DNA of 64,000 nucleotides, taken from contig OY781964.1 of NCBI GenBank assembly GCA_963677485.1, positions 4,608,001-4,672,000 on the forward strand, in the 5' to 3' direction. This document shows positions 57,403-64,000 of the stretch, piece by piece. Made by a program: the position numbers and the translations under genes. How positions within the stretch are numbered: the first letter of the stretch is position 1; every line of letters starts with the position of its first letter. Under the pieces are notes generated by a model. The model was not told where the DNA came from and did not search any database. It worked only from the letters and a program-made list of their open reading frames with translations. Source of the DNA: Armatimonadota bacterium. GTDB taxonomy: Bacteria > Armatimonadota > HRBIN16.

Positions 57403-58866
57403 ATGGCTTTACCAACCTCTCACAGCTCCGACCATCCGCATGAAGAGTGCGGGGTCTTTGGCATCTTCGCTCCAGGGGAAGATGTATCTCGCATCACATT
57501 TTTTGGGCTCTACGCCCTACAACACCGCGGACAGGAAAGTGCCGGAATCGCCGTCGCCGATGGGAAATCGCTGAAATGTCATAAAGACACTGGCCTTGTA
57601 TCTCTTGTCTTTGATGAAGACATTTTACAGGACCTGAGGGGCCATATCGCCATCGGGCATACACGGTATAGCACTACTGGGTCCAACACACAACGTAACG
57701 CACAGCCTGTCATTTGCGAAACCTCACTGGGCAAAATCGCTGTGGCTCACAACGGCAACCTCATCAATACCCGTGTACTCCGTCACGAACTCACCCAAAA
57801 AGGTGTGGTTTTTGAGGGAACCAACGATAGTGAGATCATTGCGCGCATCTTTGCGCTGGAACTAGAAGCACGCCGCGATCCAGTGAAAGCCCTCCGCGCC
57901 ACGATGCAGCGTGTGGTCGGAGCCTATAGCCTGGTGGTGATGGGCAACGACTTCCTGCTGGCCTGCCGTGACCCATACGGTCTGCGTCCTTTATGCCTGG
58001 GCACCATCAATGGTCACTACCTCGTCTGCTCAGAAACCTGCGCCATCAATGTGGTGGCAGGCAAGTTCGTCCGGGAGATCGCTCCTGGTGAACTGATCCT
58101 TCTGAACGAAGAGGGGATCACTGCGCGGGACGGCGTTCCTATGGTTCGCCACGCACTCTGTGCCTTTGAGACCATCTATTTTGCGCGCCCGGACAGCCAG
58201 ATATACGGCCGCACCCTTCATGGGGTTCGCCGTAACTTTGGCAAGCAGCTTGCCATCGAGCACGCCGTAGATGCCGATGTGGTGATTCCAATCCCAGACA
58301 CCGGCACTCCCGGTGCGCTGGGATACAGCCTGCAAAGCGGCATTCCCTACGGCGAAGGCTTGATTAAGAACCGCTATATCCATCGGACCTTTATCCAGCC
58401 CGACCAGCGTATGAGGGAACTTGGCGTGAAAGTCAAGTTGAATCCTCTGGCTGAAGTAATTAAAGACAAGCGCGTCATCATGGTCGATGACAGCATCGTG
58501 CGAGGAACCACCACACGCAAACTGGTGAAAATGCTGTTCGAAGAGGGTGCCCGCGAGGTACACGTACGCATCACCTCGCCACCCGTCATGCATCCATGTT
58601 ATTACGGCATTGATATGGCCACAAGCGGGGAGCTCATCGCCGCGAACTACACAGTAGAAGAGATCAGGCATAAGATCGGTGCGACATCATTAGGTTATCT
58701 GAGCATCGACGGCTTGATGGAAGCATTGCGCATGACCTCGGACAACTACTGCCTGGCCTGCTTCAACGGTGAGTATCCGATCCATGTTCCTGAAGAGCTT
58801 CGTATGAACAAGCTGCAGTTCGAGGAAGTAGCCGTTTGCGGTGCTCCTGAAGCCCAGACACCTTGA
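57403..58866 (+). CDS. purF: Amidophosphoribosyltransferase
   Basis: Propeptide then EECGVFG, QHRGQESAG, GHTRYST, VDDSIVRGTT, Fe-S cysteines CLAC. Confidence 0.99.
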   Translation: MALPTSHSSDHPHEECGVFGIFAPGEDVSRITFFGLYALQHRGQESAGIAVADGKSLKCHKDTGLVSLVFDEDILQDLRGHIAIGHTRYSTTGSNTQRNAQPVICETSLGKIAVAHNGNLINTRVLRHELTQKGVVFEGTNDSEIIARIFALELEARRDPVKALRATMQRVVGAYSLVVMGNDFLLACRDPYGLRPLCLGTINGHYLVCSETCAINVVAGKFVREIAPGELILLNEEGITARDGVPMVRHALCAFETIYFARPDSQIYGRTLHGVRRNFGKQLAIEHAVDADVVIPIPDTGTPGALGYSLQSGIPYGEGLIKNRYIHRTFIQPDQRMRELGVKVKLNPLAEVIKDKRVIMVDDSIVRGTTTRKLVKMLFEEGAREVHVRITSPPVMHPCYYGIDMATSGELIAANYTVEEIRHKIGATSLGYLSIDGLMEALRMTSDNYCLACFNGEYPIHVPEELRMNKLQFEEVAVCGAPEAQTP

Positions 58867-58882
58867 CGATCTGAAGGACAGA

Positions 58883-59362
58883 ATGAGTTTTCAGATCATC
58901 GCGAAGACTGCGTCACAAATGGTTGAGCTAGGTAAAAGCCTGGCTCAACTTTTGCAGGCAGGGGATGTGGTGGTGTTGACCGGCTCACTGGGGGCTGGCA
59001 AGACCACTTTCGTGCAGGGTCTGGCACAAGGGCTGGGGATTGATCACCCGGTGCAGAGTCCCACTTTCACGCTCATCAATGAGCACTTCGGACGCCTCCC
59101 ACTGTATCACATGGATGTCTACCGTCTGTCCGGTGACGCGGATGCGCTTGATCTTGGCCTGTCAGAATACATCACCGGTGACGGCGTGTGCGTGCTCGAA
59201 TGGGCGGAGCGGATTGAGGACGCATTGCCAGATGATCTGCTGCAGCTTGTGATCGAGACGCAGCCAGATGATAGTCGCGTGATCCGCGTGCTGGAATACG
59301 GTGTCCGATCTGCCGAAATTGCCCATGGATGGGAGAAATCGCTTGAATCTGCTATCGATTGA
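58883..59362 (+). CDS. tsaE: tRNA threonylcarbamoyladenosine biosynthesis ATPase TsaE; start moved to 58883
   Basis: GSLGAGKT, SPTFTL, HMDVYRL, EWA. Confidence 0.96.
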   Translation: MSFQIIAKTASQMVELGKSLAQLLQAGDVVVLTGSLGAGKTTFVQGLAQGLGIDHPVQSPTFTLINEHFGRLPLYHMDVYRLSGDADALDLGLSEYITGDGVCVLEWAERIEDALPDDLLQLVIETQPDDSRVIRVLEYGVRSAEIAHGWEKSLESAID

Positions 59363-60056
59363 AACCTCCGCCGATGTGTGCAGCATGGCCATCACCAGCG
59401 ATCACAAGACGCTGGCGGTGACCAAATGGTCGCACAACATGCAGTTGTCCACCAGGCTTCACAGCATTTTAGATCAGCTTTTCGGCATTGCTCAAATATT
59501 ACCAGACGCAATCGACGGGTATGCGATCGGACTGGGGCCTGGCTCCTTCACAGGCACACGCGTGGCGGTGGTGATGGGTAAAACGCTCTCTGTCGCTACA
59601 GGCAAGCCGCTGTACGGGGTGGATTCGCTGGAGATGATGGCCCATAGTGCATTGAATGCCAACTCAGGCTCGTTCATACTGTCGTTACTTCAGGCACGGG
59701 TTGGCGAGGTCTATGCTGCTGGTTACCAGGATGACCAACTGCCGGGGCATCTCGCGACGGTGATGGAGCCAAGTGTGCATACGGCTGACTCTTTACGCGA
59801 TGTCATGACTCAACATGATAAGCCCATCATGGTCGTCGGCCAATTACCGGAAGGCTTTGAATGGCTGCGTGAGCTCCCGCATTTCAAGGCATTTTGTCCC
59901 AGCAAACCTGACGCAGAGCTGCTGGCTGCGATATCATATAAACAGGCACTCGATGGTAAACCGTTGGATGCGCTGCTTCAGATGCCCTGTTATGTGAAAC
60001 AGGCATCGATCACGGTCTCAAAGAGGCGTCTAGTCAACCCATTCGCCCCGAATTAA
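59343..60056 (+). CDS. tsaB: tRNA threonylcarbamoyltransferase complex subunit TsaB; start probably TTG 59343
   Basis: LSIETS, GLGPGSFTGTRV, ARVGEVY; follows tsaE. Confidence 0.93.
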   Translation: MNLLSIETSADVCSMAITSDHKTLAVTKWSHNMQLSTRLHSILDQLFGIAQILPDAIDGYAIGLGPGSFTGTRVAVVMGKTLSVATGKPLYGVDSLEMMAHSALNANSGSFILSLLQARVGEVYAAGYQDDQLPGHLATVMEPSVHTADSLRDVMTQHDKPIMVVGQLPEGFEWLRELPHFKAFCPSKPDAELLAAISYKQALDGKPLDALLQMPCYVKQASITVSKRRLVNPFAPN

Positions 60057-60071
60057 GCTCTAAGGCGGTCT

Positions 60072-60947
60072 ATGGACCAACAATCTATCCAGGTTTTCCT
60101 GGATTACCTCACGGTGGAGCGACGGGCATCCGAGCACACCGTAGATGCATATTCACGGGATCTGCACCAGTATATTCAGTATGTGGCTAACTCTGGAGCC
60201 GAAGAAATTGAAGGCTTCATTGAACATCTGAAGATACAGAAATGTTCAGACCACACCGTGGCCCGCAAGCTAAGCGCTTTGCGGGCTTATCGTCGTTTCT
60301 CTGGAGCAGGCTCCGTCAGCGAGGAACTGATGCTGACCGATGACTGGCGCAGGCATCTGCCAGTGATACTCCCTCATGCTCTGCGGCAGGAGCAGGTCAT
60401 GGCTATACTAGAGGCGGTCACCGAAACCGGCCCGCTGGGGCTACGTGACAGGGCAATGTTTGAACTCGCCTACGCTTCGGGATTGCGGGTGTCGGAAGTG
60501 GTAGGCCTTCGGCTGCCGGAACTGGACCTGGCGGACCTATTTTGCCGTATCACGGGTAAGCGCGGAAAGACCCGCTGGGTGCCGTTTGCGGCTGTCACCG
60601 CCAGCAGACTGGACGACTACATCATGCTGGGTCGGCCCTCCTTCCTCAGACCCATCAGCGAGGACTATATATTTTTAAGCAACCGCGGGCGTCCTGTCTC
60701 GAGGAACCACTACTGGCTGCGTCTCAAAGAGGCCGCACAACGGGCTGGTGTCACAGACCATGTGTCGCCACACACACTGCGCCACTCTTTCGCACTTCAC
60801 CTTCTGGAGGGTGGGGTAGACCTTAGGGTGGTGCAGGAGTTGCTGGGTCACAGCAGCATTGCCACCACGCAAGTCTACACGCGGCTCAACATGGATCATC
60901 TTCAAAAGGTCTATGCGAGTGCGCACCCCAGAGCGAAACGGGGTTAA
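60072..60947 (+). CDS. xerD: Site-specific tyrosine recombinase XerD/XerC family
   Basis: HTVDAYSRDL, YASGLRVSE, GKRGKTR, HTLRHSFA, LGH, TQVY. Confidence 0.85.
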   Translation: MDQQSIQVFLDYLTVERRASEHTVDAYSRDLHQYIQYVANSGAEEIEGFIEHLKIQKCSDHTVARKLSALRAYRRFSGAGSVSEELMLTDDWRRHLPVILPHALRQEQVMAILEAVTETGPLGLRDRAMFELAYASGLRVSEVVGLRLPELDLADLFCRITGKRGKTRWVPFAAVTASRLDDYIMLGRPSFLRPISEDYIFLSNRGRPVSRNHYWLRLKEAAQRAGVTDHVSPHTLRHSFALHLLEGGVDLRVVQELLGHSSIATTQVYTRLNMDHLQKVYASAHPRAKRG

Positions 60948-60983
60948 CACCCTCACTATGCAAATTATGAAACGGATAAAGAT

Positions 60984-63900
60984 ATGAGCAGCACCGTAGA
61001 GCAACAGCAGACCACTTTTCGTAAGGCTGTCGAACTTCCTGGACTGTCGGAACTCGTAGACCAATGTCTTGCGGGTCAGGCACTTGAGATAGACGGTGTC
61101 TCAGGCAACCTCACACCCCTGTTGTTGGCCGGCTGCTGGCATAAAAGTGACAAGAACATGCTGGTGGTGGTCGGTGAACAGGAAAACTCCGAAACACTGC
61201 TGCACGATCTGCAGCAGTGCGGTGTGCCTGAAGACGCGATCGTCTCCATACCGGCCATGACCCCTTTGATGTTCGAAGATACCCCAGCGGACACCCGCTT
61301 GATCGGCACACGCATCGAGGCACTCTCCAAAATCGCCTTAGGCCAGCGTGTGCTGGTGCTGGCTCGGTTGCAAGCACTCTGCGAGCCCACCATTCCAGTG
61401 GCGGATCTGGCAGACAGGTGCTTCATGATCGACATCGCTCAGGAATATGACATCGACAAGATGCGTAAGCAGCTTTACATGCTCGGTTACGAGCGTGAGG
61501 AGATGGTCGCGCACAGAGGGCAATACAGCAGGAGGGGTGGCATCGTCGATATCTTCCCGGCTCATGCGATGCAGCCGATCCGCTGCGAGTTCTTCGGCGA
61601 CGAGATCGAACGGCTCAACCTTTTCGATCCTGAGACACAGCGCAGTGTGCAGTCGATTGAGCGCATTCTGATCACCCCTGCACGTGAAGTGATCTGGCAG
61701 ACATCGGACAGCGACGGGACGGTGTTATACGGTCAGGAGATACTGGAAGCACAGATGGCTGTGGTGGCTAAGCGTGGTCATGCCAGTGCGAACACCATGA
61801 ACCGGCTGATGTCCGACGACTTCGTCTCACTGGAGAACCAGGTCTGCTTCGACCGTCTGGAGCAGTACATCGGCTGGCTTCATCCTGGCAGCAACGTGCT
61901 GGACTATATGCGTGGATTCGATGTCTATATCTCCGATCCCTCACGAATCGCCTCTGATGACCTTCGCACCGGTGAGGAAGCTGCTGACATCTTCACACAC
62001 AGGTATCGCCGAGGGGAGATATTCCCAATTGATGAATTGTGGAAGGATCTGCCATCCTCATTCCTGCCCGGCAGTGCGGTGGGGGAGCGGCTGACTCAGG
62101 TGTGTCAAGGAAATCGCTGGGTGGCACTTAGCTCGTTCGAAACGTCCCGTGATCTTTTACCCATCGAGGCACGAATTAACATCAATGGCTCCGCACTACC
62201 CGGTTACCGCGGTCAGGGTAAGGTGTTGCAAGCGAGTCTGTCGAACTGGATGGCGAACGGCTGTACCGTAGCTTTCCTGACCGAACAGCCGAAGCGGTTG
62301 GCCGAAATCCTGCAAGAGTGGGACATGATCGATAGCGTGATGAATGAAACCCTTGCACCTGGCAAGCTTGGGCTTTTCCGATGCCGTTTCTCAGCCGGTT
62401 TCGCTCTAGAGCAGGCCAGCCTGTTTGTCATCACCGATGCGGAGCTGTTCGGCGCGAACCGCATGAGGGTTACCCGCAGCAGGCTGAAAGAGGGGGTACC
62501 GCTCAGTTCGCTTCTTGATCTGCGGGAAGGCGACTATGTGGTCCACATCAACCACGGTGTAGGCATATTCAGGGGTATTGTTTCCCGGAATGTGTTAGGC
62601 GTCCGGCGCGACTATCTTCTGATCCACTACAAGGCACCTGACACTCTGCTGGTGCCGACTGACCAGATCGACCGTATCCAGCGCTACATCGGCGGTGGAG
62701 AAGACCACGAGCCGGAGTTGAACCGGCTTGGCGGCACCGAGTGGCACCAGGCCAAGCGTAAAGCGAAGCAAAAGGCTCAGGCGATTGCAGCCGACCTGGT
62801 GAAGCTCTACGCCGCACGGCAAGCGGCCGACCGTCCGCCATACAGTGCCGATTCCCCCTGGCAGCAGGAGTTGGAATCCAGCTTCCCATATGAGGAGACG
62901 CCGGACCAACGCAAGGCGATTGTGGATGTGAAACGCGATATGGAGATCACCCGACGCCCAATGGACCGGCTGGTGTGCGGTGATGTGGGCTTCGGAAAGA
63001 CGGAAGTAGCCATCAGGGCGATCTTTAAGGCGGTCACCGAAAACCGTCAAGTAGCAGTATTGTGTCCCACCACGGTTCTGGCGGCACAGCATTTTTCTAC
63101 CCTTCAGGACCGGTTCGCGCCTTATCCTGTGACGGTGGCCTTGCTCAACAGGTTCTGTACCCCGAAAGAGGCCAAACTCACCATAGAGCGATTGAAGAAC
63201 GGGGAAGTGGATGTGGTGGTGGGCACACATATGCTTCTTGGCAAGACGGTGGACATACCAAAACTTGGTCTGCTGGTAGTCGACGAGGAACAGCGCTTCG
63301 GTGTGCGCCATAAAGAGAAGATGAAACAGCTCAAAGAGAATGTGGATGTGCTGACTCTGTCTGCCACTCCGATCCCACGTACGCTGCATATGGCTCTGGG
63401 CGGTCTTCGCAGCATGAGCGTCATCAACGACCCGCCGTTTGGGCGTCTGCCGGTCAGGACAATCGTGAGGGCTTACGATGAGGATGTGATACGCGAGGCC
63501 ATACTGCGCGAACTGGGACGCGGAGGTCAGGTGTTCTTCGTGCATAACCGTGTGCAGAGCATTTACCATGTGGCCGATCATATCCAAAAGCTGGTGCCCA
63601 ACGCTCGGGTGATGGTCGGTCATGGTCAGATGCCGGATGAAGAGCTTGAACGAGTCATGGAGGCGGTCTACGCCCATGAATGCGATGTGCTGCTCTCCAC
63701 GACCATCATAGAAAACGGCATCGATGTTTCGAATGCCAACACCCTGATCATTGAGAACGCCCACCGGATGGGTTTGGCGCAGCTCTATCAGCTCAGGGGA
63801 CGGGTGGGACGCAGCGACCGTCAGGCATACGCTTATTTCCTGTATCGGCATGAGGCATCTCTGGATGTCCGAGCCGAACAGCGGCTGGATGCGATACGGC

Positions 63901-64000
63901 AGTTCAGCGGACTCGGCTCAGGGTTGAAGGTGGCCATGCGTGACCTTGAGATCCGCGGTGCCGGCGACCTGCTGGGTCAGCAACAGAGCGGGGCGATGGA
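60984..64000 (+). CDS. mfd: Transcription-repair coupling factor, 3'-truncated; missing from the ORF track
   Basis: Frame of ATG 60984 gives RRGGIVDIFP, GDYVVHINHGVG, FPYEETPDQ, MDRLVCGDVGFGKTEVA (62961), DEEQRFG, GLAQLYQLRGRVGRS, DLEIRGAGDLLG. Confidence 0.97.
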   Translation, partial: MSSTVEQQQTTFRKAVELPGLSELVDQCLAGQALEIDGVSGNLTPLLLAGCWHKSDKNMLVVVGEQENSETLLHDLQQCGVPEDAIVSIPAMTPLMFEDTPADTRLIGTRIEALSKIALGQRVLVLARLQALCEPTIPVADLADRCFMIDIAQEYDIDKMRKQLYMLGYEREEMVAHRGQYSRRGGIVDIFPAHAMQPIRCEFFGDEIERLNLFDPETQRSVQSIERILITPAREVIWQTSDSDGTVLYGQEILEAQMAVVAKRGHASANTMNRLMSDDFVSLENQVCFDRLEQYIGWLHPGSNVLDYMRGFDVYISDPSRIASDDLRTGEEAADIFTHRYRRGEIFPIDELWKDLPSSFLPGSAVGERLTQVCQGNRWVALSSFETSRDLLPIEARININGSALPGYRGQGKVLQASLSNWMANGCTVAFLTEQPKRLAEILQEWDMIDSVMNETLAPGKLGLFRCRFSAGFALEQASLFVITDAELFGANRMRVTRSRLKEGVPLSSLLDLREGDYVVHINHGVGIFRGIVSRNVLGVRRDYLLIHYKAPDTLLVPTDQIDRIQRYIGGGEDHEPELNRLGGTEWHQAKRKAKQKAQAIAADLVKLYAARQAADRPPYSADSPWQQELESSFPYEETPDQRKAIVDVKRDMEITRRPMDRLVCGDVGFGKTEVAIRAIFKAVTENRQVAVLCPTTVLAAQHFSTLQDRFAPYPVTVALLNRFCTPKEAKLTIERLKNGEVDVVVGTHMLLGKTVDIPKLGLLVVDEEQRFGVRHKEKMKQLKENVDVLTLSATPIPRTLHMALGGLRSMSVINDPPFGRLPVRTIVRAYDEDVIREAILRELGRGGQVFFVHNRVQSIYHVADHIQKLVPNARVMVGHGQMPDEELERVMEAVYAHECDVLLSTTIIENGIDVSNANTLIIENAHRMGLAQLYQLRGRVGRSDRQAYAYFLYRHEASLDVRAEQRLDAIRQFSGLGSGLKVAMRDLEIRGAGDLLGQQQSGAM

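Noticed and set aside
60072-60947. Tyrosine recombinase as a prophage or island integrase
   Set aside because: Xer-like size and motifs, embedded among tsaE, tsaB and mfd, with no att sites, tRNA or cargo genes
62595-63851. 418-aa minus-strand ORF
   Set aside because: Antisense shadow of the conserved mfd helicase region

Overview
Bacterial chromosomal window with no rRNA, tRNA, CRISPR array, prophage or intact transposase visible. The mix of LPS-export genes (single LptF/G, DUF3084, short YqgF-like protein), Bacillus-type sdhCAB and many glycan enzymes suggests a diderm Terrabacterium, possibly Armatimonadota (inference). The left ~33 kb is a carbohydrate-use region: two GH42/GH14-like hydrolases, nikR, an intact and a catalytically dead sialate O-acetylesterase, a sulfatase, a metallophosphoesterase, an orphan protein with an internal duplication, four tandem paralogues of an uncharacterised family with different export signals, and two sugar ABC importers flanking a cupin isomerase-like and a UroD/MtaA-like gene. 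The right ~30 kb is mostly housekeeping: mutL, sdhCAB, lptC/A/B/FG, comEC, two LptD-like genes, dnaE, purF, tsaE, tsaB, xerD, and mfd (truncated, absent from the ORF track). Intergenic DNA holds three repeat families, including a ~170-bp nested inverted-repeat element in three copies. Functional calls come from motif recognition only; no searches were run.
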